Below are positions 34,881 through 50,200 of a stretch of 64,000 bases of DNA, in pieces. This DNA comes from Lingula anatina (taxonomy: Eukaryota; Animalia; Brachiopoda). Every line of letters begins with the position of its first letter. Within the stretch, counting starts at the first letter, position 1. Made by a program: the position numbers and the translations under genes. The notes under the pieces were generated by a model. That model was given only the letters and a program-made list of their open reading frames with translations. It did no database searches and was not told where the DNA came from. Location of the stretch: positions 15,660,644 through 15,724,643 of the forward strand of contig CM120643.1 in NCBI GenBank assembly GCA_051362555.1, written 5' to 3'.

Positions 34881-37800
34881 AGGAATAGAGTTAGAAAGAA
34901 TAGCTGAAGTGAAAAGCTTTAGATATAAGCGCTTTTATAGATATCTTAACACGTGGCGATTCGCTGCCACTATTGACTACTGTGTGGCATTGAAGTCTGG
35001 TCTGGTTTTGTGAATCAGAGATCGTGAATGTTCAAGTATGTGTGTTTGTGACTGATATTATCGACTGCATGAGCTCTATTTGTGTTCATTTTCAATGTAA
35101 CATCAACGCCAAATGATCATGACTAGCAACGCTTTTGTTGCGCCGAACAGGAAGGCCAATTGGCTACTCGAACAAATGACCACGTAGCTCTGATCTTGCG
35201 TGGGAAAAGACCACATAAAAGGGGCCACCTTGTGCAGGGCACTGCCAGGTAGGGGCGGTTATTTGCTGATGCCTTGTCAGTGTGACGTAAACGAGTCGAT
35301 TTGGTTTGTTCCTGTAGATTCCATACCATGTTCATTCATTCAAGGGTATATTGAAGGTCAAAGGACTCCAGGCTGTTTGCAAACATTGTTGCCTGTAAAA
35401 TGCACATGTGCCAGAGTCCGAGTTCCACCGCCACTGCGAGGCTCGGTGCTGTAGCTTGCCGAAGGGGAACAGTGTTCATTTCTCTGAATATGAATACGTG
35501 TTGGCATGTTTTGGCTTGCCAACAATTTGTGTGTAGATGTAAATATGTATATATGAATATATATGACTACACGTGGGTGCACACTGGCTCGAACACACGT
35601 GTATATAAGTTTGGCATCACGTTTAGGCATATTTCTCATTTTAATATCTAGTTGCTACAAAAAAGATAGCTAACACGAAAATTTGACGCTTAACCATTTC
35701 TAAATTGATTAAAATCAACAAAATACCGTCACTGATAATACAGGATAATTAAAAAAAAACAGTAGTTTGAAGTTTTAAAAAGCGTTCGTTAGACCGGGTT
35801 TAACCATCGAAACTTTGTGAGTAAACATTCAATGTTATTCAATATCTTTGCGTAGTTGGGTAGTTTACATCGGTTACATACAAAGCACGACTAGAGAACG
35901 ATATGTTGATTGATATTCTTGCCATTCCATATATATAGGCACAGGGGCAATGGTGTTCAGTATAAATGAATGTATACATAACATCACACCTTTGGCAGCG
36001 TACCTTGGAATCTAGGGAGGTATTTTTTGGCAAAGAACAATAAATCATTGGAATTTCACTCATGTTAGATTACCCCTGGACACTGAAACACGCTAATTGG
36101 GCTGTAATTGGCTTGTATCTTAGGGGAAACACGCCATTTGCAATCCCCGACGACTCAAACAAATTCCCTTCTTTAGCACGCCGTGCCAAGCATGAATGAT
36201 TTCAGATCAATGGACACATTTCTGAGGACTTTGAACCAGACTTTCTAGTCTTCACAGCGTTATTCTGATGATCATAATTGTGTGATGTTTTAAAATACCC
36301 CCTTTCTCCATTCATAATTTCAAATTTGATGATGTATTTTAATGAAAAAAGTCTTGAGTCGCTGATTACGGGTAGGTGATTTATGTGTTGATTTGAAAAG
36401 CGAATTATATTTTCAAATATTTATTCCCTGCGATTTTTTTGCAAGATAGATTTCTATATTGGTCCTTGTATTTTTTGTGAGAATATAACAGTTCACTGAA
36501 TTCATATCGAATTAATTAGAGTAATATATATAGACAGCTTGTCCTAAGTTTCGCGGCTAAAGTTGCATTCAGAAAGCTTTCCCTTTCAACGTCGCCAACG
36601 GGAAAACCAACCCTATTCCCTCTTCTGCTTGTTTCAGGATGTTTCGAGCCTTGTTTCCGCTCATGTTGATTTTACTCAACCGGCGCTGCATCGATGCTAA
36701 TTTAATCTACTTGATGTAAATCTGCCATATCTATTAATAATTCAACAATTTTAGGAGGCTTTCAGAGAGCATGGAATGATTGCGACGCCAGGATTGTCAT
36801 ATGGTAAAATATATAATCTTATTATTTCCGAGGGAATTAAATTTTCAGGATCTCGGCTAAAATGCTGAAATCTTAAAGCTTAATCAAGCGTGATTATTCA
36901 TTTGATCTTGTCGAACAGGCCCTGACATATGCTAAATGCAATTTCTTTTTAAAAGCATCTGTCTTTTGTATAGTTCGCGTATGATAAAAAACCAAAAAAT
37001 ACATTTATATATAAAGAATATCACAAAAAAATCATAATTTTCATTTTAATATAATCAAATTGTGACAAAACCATATGTGTTTCCAAATATCAAAAACTAT
37101 CAAGTTTTCTAAATGACCTCTCCGTCTGCTTATTGCTTATTCCAAATACAGTATTAAAATGCTGAGGTTTACAAAAACAGTATTCTATTTTGAAAAATGC
37201 ACTGCCATCAAATAACGAAAAGTTTACATCGGTAATTTAATTTTACAATTTTCGTGCATTTACATCCTTTTCACGATAATATAAACAGTAGAAATGGGAC
37301 ACTACAGGACAAATATTGATGACAAAATCAAGGTTCTCATGCTCAACTTATGCAACGTTACAAAAATATTTGAGGAAACGGAAATGAGCCGGCATTCACA
37401 AGGTAAAGAAAACTACACAATTACCCCTTATGTATTTGTTATATGTTCTATATAATCTAAATACACGTTATATCGTCCTTAACAGTTCGTATTTGTCCTG
37501 GTGCGACCAACCTATGGAATTACTCATGTTACAATCTGAATGCTGAGGATGGGCACTTATATACGTTTAAATACGTTACATTGGAATCATTCATGAACAA
37601 TGAAGGAAAGGGGTCTTTTAGGAATGCTGAAAACCAATGTGTCTCGCTGCCACACTGAACTTACCCATCAATTTGTAAAGATCGGACTAACTGAACATGG
37701 ACGTGAAAAGTAATGCTTTTTGTATATTAATGTTTTCCTGTGCAGTGTTGCTATATTCTACTCATTTGTGAACACTTCATCACCAACAGTTTTCGACTCT

Positions 37801-39325
37801 GAGGTCCTTTGGTTTTAATTCTGAATAAATTTCCATGTTTATAACATTATCAAAATTCTGATCTACTCATTCTAACTTTGTCTGTGATGTCATCAGTAAA
37901 CAAAAGTCTGACGTATAAAAAAAATCATCCCTATGTGAACTAAATCATAAGTTTCAGAGTAATAAACCATGGCCATTCTACCAACTGGTTTGCGATGAAG
38001 GCCTACCAATTTGCATCGCTCTATTGTTTTATTATGTATAGTATTTCTTTCCTTTCCTCCACCCCAACTCACCCCTTAACTTATTGATGGATGAACGACA
38101 GTTAAAAATGTGATAAAAAGGCAGGGTAAAGACACGACCACGAGCATCGCGTGCCACGGACCAATTTTTCTACATTTACTACTCATCGTTGCCTGACTTC
38201 TGAAATTGGACTCGGTCATTGAGATGTTTAAATTCAATTATTCTTCCGTGTTTCAAAGGTCTTTGTAACAAAGCTAACTAGAAATGGTGAACTGTGTATA
38301 GGAATGCATGCTGTATTGTTCGTTCGTGGCCTGTTCGTTTTTACGCCGAGGTAGATGTAAGGAATATATGTTTTGTGTATTTCCTACTTGGACAACTTAT
38401 TTTAACTTTATAGTTAAGAATTAAATGACACCAATCGCGCGTAATTCATAGAGTATAACTTCATGCAAACTTCTGTTTAAGATGGACAACTCGCAGCCGT
38501 GATTTATACGAAACGGCTGGCTGCGAATCCTCGTCTACAGAAACTTTCCTAGTTATTTCCCAAAGCAGATTGACTCCCGTAGTTAATTTTCCTTGAATTA
38601 TCTCTTGTATAACAATCGCCCTTATGGGCTTTGAAATTCTTGAATAACATGTGTAGAGGAGTTATGGTTGTATTAATGTTCAATTATTATACAGATAAAG
38701 ATTTGCAGGATTCTGCCGGGCTGCATGGCATAAGTCGGGCCATCTAGTTAATCTGTTTCGGTCAATTCTGGCTGGAATATTTGCTGTGCAAACGTCTTCC
38801 CCCCTGTTAATTACGGACAGCTGAATCATTGAATTGTCTTTGTTTGACATGATTAGTGGCTTGATGTAGACTAGAAAGGTGGCGTTGTTTGAACGATTTC
38901 AGAACTTTGAACATTATTGAATTGTCTTGTGGGGTTTAATGATAGGCTGAACCAAGGAAAGAAATAAAATCGTGACCAGGTTTTATCGGTTTGGTGAAGT
39001 TAGGTATGCTTCTAGTTTAAAAAACAGTAGTGAAAAAGAGGCCAGCTGTATGCATTCAACCTACGAATTAAAATATCGGATTGAATATATCATCCAACAT
39101 CAACTACAACACAGGCTAATTGCACAATGTACTGCAGTTATACAATCCAATTACTGATAATACGACAGATGTTATGTATTGAATATATACACCTCTAGGT
39201 GAGAATTTAAGATTTTCGTAATATAATATAAACAAGGCCACACCACAGCTTTGTCCACACAGGGAGGGCCTGCCCACGTACATATATATGCCTCTGAAAG
39301 AATTACATATTTATCAATGACAGGT

Positions 39326-39465
39326 GCAGGGGTGGGGTGGGTTTGTAGGAAAAGAGGTAGGGGGAGACTCAGGGGGTAGTAGGCTTGAGGGACAGGGGGT
39401 AGGGGCCGAGGCACAGGGGGTGGGTGGGTTTGAGGGAGGGTGGATGGATTGAGGCACGGGGTGTG
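39326..39465 (+). other. G-run-rich tract with G-quadruplex potential
   Basis: More than 10 runs of G3-G6 within 140 bp in an AT-rich background. Confidence 0.6.
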
Positions 39466-42400
39466 ACACGTGGTACCAGTGAAACAGAAGACAGACTGGA
39501 GGCACAATGTAACAATGTAACAATTTGACTTTATTTGTCTACGGTTATTATGTCACCATTTTCACGGGTTTTCTGATACCAGTTTTGATGTTACATATTT
39601 TCATAACTTCAGTCTATATTTCATTATTGTAATGTTTATAACTATTATGACGCTATATCTACCATACCTATAGACAAAACAGGGTGGGGCAGTGTGCCAT
39701 AAAGTAGGCCTACTTGTGGAATTCAATCTGTAAATAGGACTACACCTACGGCCTCTAGAGACTTCTGATTCCGATACAAGCACTGCCAAAATTTACTAAC
39801 ATCAGCAAGGAAATAAATGACCTACTTTGTTTAAATATACATTCTGATCTACGTGACATTAATACAGTTGCGTAATATGAGAGAGCTTTAAAAATGAAAA
39901 ATGTCGTCTTAGGCAAATGGTCTATTCAGAAGGAAAATACGGGAGCATTGGTTCTGCGCAGGAGACTCCTTTTTCCGTGCGTCTTTCCGAATAGTACGGT
40001 TGCATTATGTCAGAGATTTGTAAAGTTAATCCAACCCTACGTGAAGTTAGGGGTCCCGGTCAGCAGGAACTAGAGAAGTCTGGTTCTACAAGGGCTCTTG
40101 TCTAATTCACAACCACTGTAACAGCTTGGAGGTGTTTGAACAGTTCAAATTCATTACGTGAATGGACTTCTGACCGCGGTCATCGATGACCAAGTATGGC
40201 CAGATTTAGCTTGAAAACAAGGGGAAATGTATTGAAAGGTCAGTCGATATGTTGGGGCTAAATAGGTTAATTTAGTCTTGAAATTTCCCCCATATTCACT
40301 ATTCCGAAACACCTGCAATTTATATTATAAAAAGCGTATTGTATAAGGAAAAACAATCAAATATACATATTTGGCTCAACGATAATTTCTATTACAATCT
40401 ATTTCAGTTTAACAGAACATTTCAAATAACCCTCGATATATAGCCTAGGCCTATAGATGAAAACAAGGTAATGAGTGACCATGTGTGATTAAATCAAATC
40501 ATAAAAATTAATACACAGAAACTTTTATCCAGATAGGCCGAGAGCATTCAGTATCTTATACATCCCAGCCAAATCTTAGTTAAGATGTGTGTGTGTGCGT
40601 GCGCGCGCGTCCGTGTAACTGAATATTACATATCCTGTAATGATGAATGATATATCTTGTCTAATGATAAGCACCGTCTAGTGTCGCCCTGGTGGCTGGC
40701 CTCGCATATACACCGCATAATTAGAGGCACACTAGTGTCACTGACGATCAATATTGTCCAGGAATGTGACATTAGCATTACGCGACAAGAGGTTCCTTGT
40801 GAAGTTATGTCAACATGGTTTAATCGGTGGCGATCAACGCCCCTTTCACCTGTCCAAATGACAAGGGGGATGCGCTGATGGCCCATAATTAGTTTCAACT
40901 ACAAAGAACTTGACGAATGAGATTACGTAAAAGTATTTGTCCCGGGCTTCGCGAGGTGGCCATTAGGTTATCTTCAATTGTCACAGGAACTTTGTCGCCA
41001 CTCTGACAAATGTCCCCACCATCTAAATGGAAACCGTTTCTCACAGGTATCACTGAGCTTTAACCACTACCTGGGCTTGCCTTTAATGTTTGCATCAGCA
41101 AATTCAATCTAGGTCCTATCGTTTGCAATCAAATAAATATTTAATTGACAAAAATATGCCTTTCGAACAATTTGAAAAATTTTCAAACAAATTAAATATT
41201 TTAGAATTAAAGCGAGCAACAGTTTGGTACAAAACATCAGGTGTGAGAGTTTCATTTTAACTAAACAATCAGATTTCGGTATGATCTATGAAAAAAATCA
41301 TAAAAAAATTGCCGAAAAAGAGTTAAAAGATAATTACTTATGCCACAGGAGAAAGTATTTAAATAAAAGACTAAGTACAGCCTTGGGTTGTTGTTTTTTT
41401 CGATCTGACATTTCTTAATTCGATCTGTTTGCGGAGTTGCTAAGGTCGGGGGGAGTGGGCAAGCCCCAGTGAAGATATGGCTAACCACAGGAAGAAGATG
41501 ACCACAACAAAGGGCACTATTCCCGCGACCTGTCACCACCAATATACCTTTGTGGCACTTTTTTAAAGGACACGAGTACTAACTTTTCATGACAGCTTCT
41601 ACATCAAAACTGCCACTCACGTTGCGAAGAGAAATTTGAAATGTGGACATAAGTGATTTAAAACTAAAAGTATTTAACTTATTCTTATTCAAAAGCCAAC
41701 TAAACAAATTGCACATAACAAAGTTTTGGTGATCGAATTGAGCTGAGTATATATATAAATGGCACAAGGATCATTTATCATAAAATAAACTTTTTTATAT
41801 TGAGTACAAGGATAGTTTCCTGGCCCAGACAACAAATGCCCTATGTCTTTAAGACCTATTGTTTTTCTAACCACAAAAAAATGTTTAAGTTTTGCTGCGC
41901 CATTCTCGTCCAGGAACGCAAAACGGGGAACCAGTCAGAAAAGAACTTGCGACCTACTAAAGCCTAACCTATCTCGCATCTTATCACTGATAAAACTGTT
42001 AAAGAATTTAACTGTTTACGAAAATACTTTGAGAAAATAATGATGTTATCTACAAAAGTTGATAAACAAACAATTTCTGAAACATTATGAATGACTAAAG
42101 GAAACGTATTTGAATTAAAAGATTCGTGACACCTCAAATAAAAGTGCACAATACTTTCCACAGTTATCAAATTATTGTGTCAATTAAATCCGAGTTTGGG
42201 TTTACATGAAGTAGTAGTAGTACTAGTGTAGCTGGCGTCAAATTTGCATACGCCACAGACATATCATTAAAAAGTGGCCAACATCAAAAACTTCGACGAG
42301 CTCTCTAGAGGACCGAACACAAGTCTCCGCGATAAACTTTACCTGAACTCATCCTTTTCAGTGAGACACGACAGATAACTTTTTGTCACCGCACCGCCGA

Positions 42401-44213
42401 TACTATCTCCGCCTTATCATGCTCTTCCAACACCTCCTTAAGTTGTACACGTAATTCAGTTAATGCCTTATCAGCGCGGCGGTCCTTTGATCTTTGGGTC
42501 ACCTTGTATTGGGTTGTTTTACTTCAGGAGGGAGTAGAAATGATGGAGTGAGGGATGAAAGGGGACGGGAGAGACATCTCACCTCCATGTGCTCCCATTA
42601 GGAGCACCTACAACTGTGGGTGTCAAGTGTGTAGAGTTCCCAGTATAAGAGATATCGAAATGTGTAGAACTTTGGTTGGACGGATTTTTAACAATAATTT
42701 CGAAAATGAAGGGAGACGACAGTCAAATATTGCCCAGAAAACAATGAACTTTGCCACCCCATACACTTCACATTTCTGTACATAACAAGGCGTAGAAATT
42801 TGCTGTTGAAATCAATATTATAGCTGAACATTACATCGCATCGGCATGTGCACCTAATGTCTATTAAAAAAAAAAACGATATTATAGAAAAGACTAATTC
42901 AATATAGTTATATCTGTTTAGGAAACGAAGGAGTGGCAGTGCACTATAATATCAATCGCCAGTTTGAGGCTGTACACGTCACATTCAGTAGCAACTCAGG
43001 TGGCCTCTTGTCATCAGACCGCAACATAAAGTCCAATTGCTCTCAAAAAGATGACAATGAAACTAAATAGACGACATTGATATGCTGGGCATTGTTGTGC
43101 AGTTTGAACGCTGATTTGAGTACGAGAGAAATAAGGTTAAGTTTAAAAAGAATTAACATGAACTAAAATCGAGTGAAATGAAATATCACAACAGGTATCT
43201 TACTAAATAATACTTAAAAAGCATTGCTATTCCACTTAGTAGAAACTGAACCTTTTTTTCTTGTGTCGTTACCACCCTGACGCATGAAAGGGATAACAAC
43301 GCACCTACAATGTACAAACCAGCTAACGGCAAAGTTTGACTTATGACCGTTTTGTGTATTGTAAATCACATTGCCCGGACGCTTTCATGCAAAACACTTT
43401 ACTTTTACACATATGTCTCGCGAAACTCTACTCCACAGACGAACACTCAGCTTACTAACGAGGGTGATTTTTCTTTCCAACCCCAACACATCTCTAAACG
43501 GAAACTCAACAAAGCGAAACCAGCAAAGTCACATAAAATCGGCGCCATTTTGGGCTGACTGTGAATTTTGGTAAGATTTACGGGTTTTTCCGAATTAGTT
43601 TGGTTCACATGTTAAGTCGCTTGCATTGTGTGAGCTGACATAGAGCCCAGACATGTACATTTTCCAGATAACATCGTCCCGTATTTATGTCTATCTATTA
43701 TCACTTAATTCGCAAAATAATTAACGAGTTGATCATATCATTCTTATGGTATTCTCTTTAAGGATCTCACATAATTCACCGTGTCTTTGGTTTAACGCAT
43801 AAGAGAGAAGACATAATATTTAATGAATTAAAAATATAAGTCAAGAGTATTCGCCCACAGTACTACTTTAAGCAATATGAAATGTACGTCCTTTTTATTT
43901 ATTCAAAAAACTATTTAAAAATAGTGCAATTTGATTTGTACCTTTTTTACAATATAAAAAAAAGCATATGTCTTTTTTAATGCGAAATAACCTGATCTAT
44001 GTTTAATTATATATTTATGCCTTTCTGTTTATTTTTATAAGTATGCCTTTCCTTCTTAAAGTAGGTACATGTTCCTTTCTGTCGTAATACCTGTTGTAAA
44101 TATGCAATGAAAAAATAAGGTAAAGAGAAAAGTAAAATTGACTGGGGCACACGTTCCTCTATATAATAAATTTATATTAGTATTTCATCACTAAAAATCT
44201 TACAAAAACTGGT

Positions 44214-44262
44214 ATGTGTGTGTGTGTGTGTGGGTGAGAGAGAGAGAGAGAGAGAGGGGGGG
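44214..44262. repeat. Compound (TG)n-(GA)n-G microsatellite
   Basis: Direct read. Confidence 0.9.
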
Positions 44263-47200
44263 ATGGAATTGAAAATATACACTATGATTTCCTTATTGTA
44301 CATGTAAATAGAAAATCGTGATGATGACCCGGGTAGGGGAAAACTCCACGGCCTTATTCCTAACTCCGTGATCCGTCCTTATCTTTCTCGTTGGCTCAGT
44401 TGACCTTTCACGACTCTCAGCCCGTCGTCCCGTCACGAATACCGGGCGCGTACTATAGATAAATATTTCCCTATTAATCCCCAGTCACAAAATTGACCTG
44501 GAGACCTCCCTTGAATATCTAGCCGCTTTTCAATTTGTAGTAAATAATACTATTGGTTTACTATTGCGATATTCTTCGGGTTCCATGTTACGGTATACTA
44601 CTCCACAGAGTACAATGGAACTTCATTGGAAGGGTGTACATGAGAAGGAAGGATATTTAGTGGAAATAAATATACTAAGTAAATGTTCTTTAGATCATGG
44701 AATACTTTTATGAGGTTTTGTTCGACTTAAATTTTCTGTCAGAAGTAAAAGTTACATAAATAGACAACTGCAACCGTTTTTACTTTTCACGCAAAAATTA
44801 GACGTTTATTTCTTTATTTCTTTTTTTTTAATACTGAGGTAATTTTATAGTTATATATATATATATACAACATGTTAAAAATTATATATTATAAAAAGCA
44901 AGTTTAATATCTAGGGAAAAAAATTATATCTTGTTATGTCTCTCAAATGATCCATTATATAGTTTGCAAGGATCTAAACATAAAGAAGCCCTTTTTTCCG
45001 ATAGGATTATTGACATATGTCAAATAAGAGAAAATCTTTTTTGCCTTATTCGAAAATGATCAAATACATGATGTAACGTGAGATAGAAAATAACACAGAA
45101 CGAGAAGAAAATGTCCCGCAAATTCCATTAAAAGGTATCTGGGTGATAAACATCACATTAAAAGATCGATCAAATAACATTTTATCACAGAGGGTATCAG
45201 TTCTTAACGATTGTAACAGCTAAGTTGTGGTTTTTGATATTGCAAATATGTTGGTAAATGACTGGTGAAATCAATGCCTCGTCCCTTAAGTGCTGATCCA
45301 CCGATTAAGTTCACTTAACATTGGGTGGCCCCTGCGCCTTGACCGACCTGGATACCACTTCTACCTGGAGAACAGGTACAGAGACAGCAACAAACACTTC
45401 ACCTGTCCCTTATTGAATTTGTTGTAAGAGCCGTTATATATCTTTGATTTTCACAGGCCTCACCCCTTGAAGGTGACATATTGGCCGCAGACATTATTTG
45501 TTTACAGAAAGTCTGATATAGCTATTGACTGGAAAAAAAAATGTGCAGACTATTTTTGTGAATAACTCAGCTAATTAATTTCCCCCCATCGAACCTCCCC
45601 TATGTCCTCCCCCCCCCCCCCCCCCCCCCCCCCAACACACTCTCTATCTTTAGTTAATTCCGTAGCTTATGGTCTATTTAAAATAATTCATGTCCATTTC
45701 AAGAAATACAAGGACAAATCAAATGACAGAAAACGGCCTGTACAATATTTCTGTATGCCACTTTATCAGCCTAAACCAGTGTGGAGCTACATTCACAGAC
45801 CATTAATCGAAATTGGATCAAATCTATTTGTTTTCAAATGAACGTAATAGTTCTTCTGTTACGAAAATACGCTGTCTTATCTCGTCCGCTGAAACCTAAC
45901 ACTGTTGGATGCTCGCCTCTTTTCACTCCATTAAGAAAAGTCGAACCAAGCCGCCAAAAGTTTTCAATGAAAGCAGCGGTCAGAGCCGCCTGATTACAGA
46001 TAACAGCGGTAAATAAATCTGCAAATTGAATTGTATTCAGTTGATTTGAAGTGACTATAGTACTCTAGCTTCCCACTACGGACTCAGAAATTGAATTTCA
46101 TCCTCTCTACTAACGCGCTCTCCCTACACGATTCCTTTCTTCTGATTGAATATTCGATTTGATTAACTCGGAAGAAAACTTGTAGCTTAACAACACTGCC
46201 TGACAAGGATAGGACTGCGCATGTCACAGCGTCTCTCACAATCAAAATGATGGGAGAAAATGGAAAAAAAATCGCTAAGAGCTCGGAGTTAATTAAACCC
46301 CCTTCTGACACCTCCCTAACTCACAGAGGGGCGTTTACGGACGTGCCCCCCTTACCGCAGGTTTTTGAATTCCTTGGGAATAAAAGCTGCCTTGTCGGAT
46401 GTTTGTGAAAACAACGGGAAAGTGAGTAATCGGGCCTGTGGCTCGGCAAGGGACTTTTCAATCATTCAATCCTTCGACATTTTGACTTGATTCACTCTAT
46501 AGAGAATAAATGGAATTAAACACAGTCGCTATCGATTCTCGCGCTATTATCATTCGTTAAGTCCACTACGCTGAATTAATATAGGATAGAAAGCTTCTGG
46601 CATTCGCCATAGTTTCGATTTTTTCTGTCTAGTCACAATGTTGAGTAACCTTGTTCAAAGGCCAATGTATATAATATGAATATGAAAAGTTTGGCAAAGC
46701 AGACTGAGATTAGAGCGACATCTGGCGGGATCAAAAATGAAATTTTATAAATAAATAAATAAACAACCATCCTGCAAATTTATAATAATTTTTGAGCAAT
46801 CAGAGCAGTCTGAATATTTGTCATTAATCATTAATTATTAATTAATCGTTAGCTTTCTTATTTTTTCAATAATTTACTGCCACTGATGAAGCTTTTCCTA
46901 TAAACTCAATACTAAGCACTAAAACAGATTAAGGAAACAGTATAAATGTTTCTCAGTAAGTTGTGGGAATTGTTTGAACACGAGGCAAAGTTTCGGTGGA
47001 GATACTATGTTTAACGAGCCGTGTTCGAGAGGGCCCATATCAAAGTGCGGTCAATATCATAACCTTGTTTGTTAAAGCCAGGCATTTTCTGTTCTGATGC
47101 ATGTTCAACGTTCCCAACACGAACTATCTCGTCCTGGGCCGTCAACAGTTAAATTTCACTGTTGCATTCCATAGATTATAGAGGTCTATACAATATCGTT

Positions 47201-50200
47201 TTTGCTGTGATGATTTTCATCACAATTCGTTTAAACATATCTCTATTATTATTTTTTTATTTGTCATCGCAAAATACTTTAATTGCAGATTTCCGATTTC
47301 CCATAGGTTGGCCGATGTCGTCTGCAGAGAGGAATCAAAAGCGCAAATATGTGAGTACATTATTTTTACGGTCACAGGTTCTCTTTCACGTTCGGGTGTA
47401 TTTTCCCTGAAAATTTGCCTTAATAAGGTACGAGTTATAGACTTTAAGTCCTATGCACCCTTCACAAACGCCTCCGCTTGCATTCCATGTGGGTTGTAGT
47501 ATATTATATCATGTCTAGTTACTTAACTACAATGTGCCCACAGCGTTGAAGTACGATTCACTTTATAATATTCCCCCTTTAACCTTAAAAACGATATCTT
47601 TGATCCACAATATATACGATACAACTAAGTGACCCCTACACATAGGGAACATGTGACGGTTTTCAATAATTATAAATTCATAAGCCTTTAATAAAAAATA
47701 ATGAACCCAACGCCACTATCTGTTTTCTTTGTCTTTCTCTTATAATCTCCTTTTAATGCCACTAGAGTTGTGTAGTATTTCTACACCGTTTCAGCAGACT
47801 TGGCATTGTTTACTAGTTCAACGGATACGGCCATAAACCGCCGTTTACGCAGAAGCCAAGCTCTATGACATTTGACCTCTTTATATAACGCTTAGGTGGT
47901 AAGCTGCCTGGAAACCCGGCACCGCTATGTAGAGAGACCCATCAAACTTGTCTATTTTATTTCCCTAAATTCAATTTCAAATTAAGTGCCTCTGTATGAA
48001 TTGTATATACAAAATGGTTATTGTAAATTTGGTGATTTCAGTATTTTGGTTTAAAGGTATACGAGTTGAAAACAGCTGTGATTTCTTTAATCTAGAAAAC
48101 ATAACAGTGTAACATACACTGGGTGAATTGTGCTGAAAGAAACAAGACAACTTCCTTTAGATTTTTCCTCTCTTTGAAAACAAAATCTCTTGCAATGTTT
48201 GAAGGATTTTTGCTGTACTGCAAAAACGTCAACATAAAAATGTTATTTATTTTGACGTGAAGAAACATTTCATCAAATGAGAGGTTTCTGGTTAATACGA
48301 TTGCTGTGAAGGCAATATCTGCAGGTTTCAGCTTAATTTAAGAGAAACCTGGATTATTAACATATCTAATATCGAGATAATTATGACAGGGATTTTCTAT
48401 ATCGCTCTCTCAGTGTCTGGAAGAGTCCTGTAATGCATTGTGATCCTCAGAATTGAAAGTACACCAAAATGAATAAGTAATTAAAACCTTTGGATCCCTA
48501 TGTTAAATAAGATCATATTTTGGAGTCAAAATAAGTGACTCGCTCTGTCTTAGCTTAAGTCAAAAGCAACAAAATGATATGACTGTGGTGTCAACAGTAA
48601 CACATAAAATACAAAGAACAGCCTTTTCTCTAACACCAATTAACCATTTGAAAGCATACGAAGGCCTGCTTGAATATCATAAAAAATTCGTTCGCGCCTT
48701 TTTTTCTGTTTCCCTGTCGCCAGCAGGGCGTTGAAAGTAGTTTGCACATGTTTTACAAGATAATATAGATATCCATATCATCAACTTAATGAATAACTGA
48801 AGGAAATCAAAACTCGACCTGCATTTTACTGGAGTTTATATGGAGATGTTTTGAATACAGGTGTTTTTAACTCAGAATAAATAGTACCGCGATAATATTT
48901 TTTCACTTTAAACTATCATTAATGTCAAGTATCATTTCGGTTTCTGTGATCATAAAATACTGACTCTTATCAGCAATCTAAAATTATATCATTTCCAGTC
49001 AGAATTCATTTTAAACAATTATTCCCCAAATTACTCAAACCTTCGCTTTTTATTACGCCATGTTATATATTAAAGGAATTGTTCCATTAAAAGACCACCA
49101 TGCTGCACCTAGAAAAGAACAGACTGCGACCTACCAATCCACACTACATTTCACTTATAGTTCAGACACTAATTCATACTAAAAACTGAACGTCAGACAT
49201 TAAGAGCTGGAGCGTATACTTAACGCTGGCACTGTATTAAACCAGAGCACAATGGATCGGGATCGTTCGTCTTAATGATCAATCACGCGATTAATGACCC
49301 AACACGCTTCAAACTGCAAGTTGCGTCTGGTTAAGGTACGCAATTAGACGAACTAAGGCAGACAAACGCTCTTATTTATAAGATGCTTATAATTGAAACC
49401 TACATACGCCCTTACTGCACATGACCTATTTAATAAATGCTATTTTAAAATACAAAAAAAAAAAAAAATGGAATATGTGAAAAGTGGCACGTTACAAATT
49501 GGCCCCTTGTTTAAGATTTTATAACCTCAAAACCCAGACTTCTGTTTTGGGATTATTTATAGATAATAATTTTAAACAAAAATTAAAAAGAATAGTACTT
49601 AAGATATTCAAAATTCAACATGAGCTTTTTTCATTATCGTAATATATATTATTTTTTATGTAAAATCTAGTATTTTCCTACTTCGGATTAAGCCATCATA
49701 AGATTTTAAAACTTGTTTAGATTTGCTAAGTAATGAAATAATTACTATAGTTTACTCAGTGTTTCATTTGAGTCAATAAGCTGGCAGATAAGAAATGAGG
49801 AAGCAAAATAAATAAGTAAATAAAATAAGATAAATTAATGATATTGATTTTCTAGCATTCCACCATTTAAATCACACATCTATTAATAACAGGCACATAT
49901 TAATTAAAATAAATCAACAGTGGGAGTCCTATGCGCCAGTATAACTACCTATTGTCATATATACTTGTTTTCTGTTTGCGATACTTTTGACTGAGCTGGC
50001 ACTGCTCAACCTTTTCCGAAACAAAATGCGTAGAAAAAAGGCAGAAGTCTTTATTGGAACCAACTTACAGCAACAGTTCCAGTTAACCGGTGTTGATCCC
50101 GGTGCAAGTTTTTCTTATCGTATTACTTTACCCGAGCTCGGGGTCAGGTTGTAGCGGGGCTGCCTTTGTTTAACCCGGGAACAGTTTTTTACCCAAACTC

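Noticed and set aside
39172-39523. Pro-rich ORFs as an extra Irx exon
   Set aside because: Caused by the G/C-run tract; exons 3 and 4 already join in phase with an Irx-like YPYG-YGMDL junction.
46715-46729. CTCF-like site (reverse complement CCGCCAGATGTCGCT)
   Set aside because: Mismatch in the core and a single weak match; cannot be supported without ChIP data.
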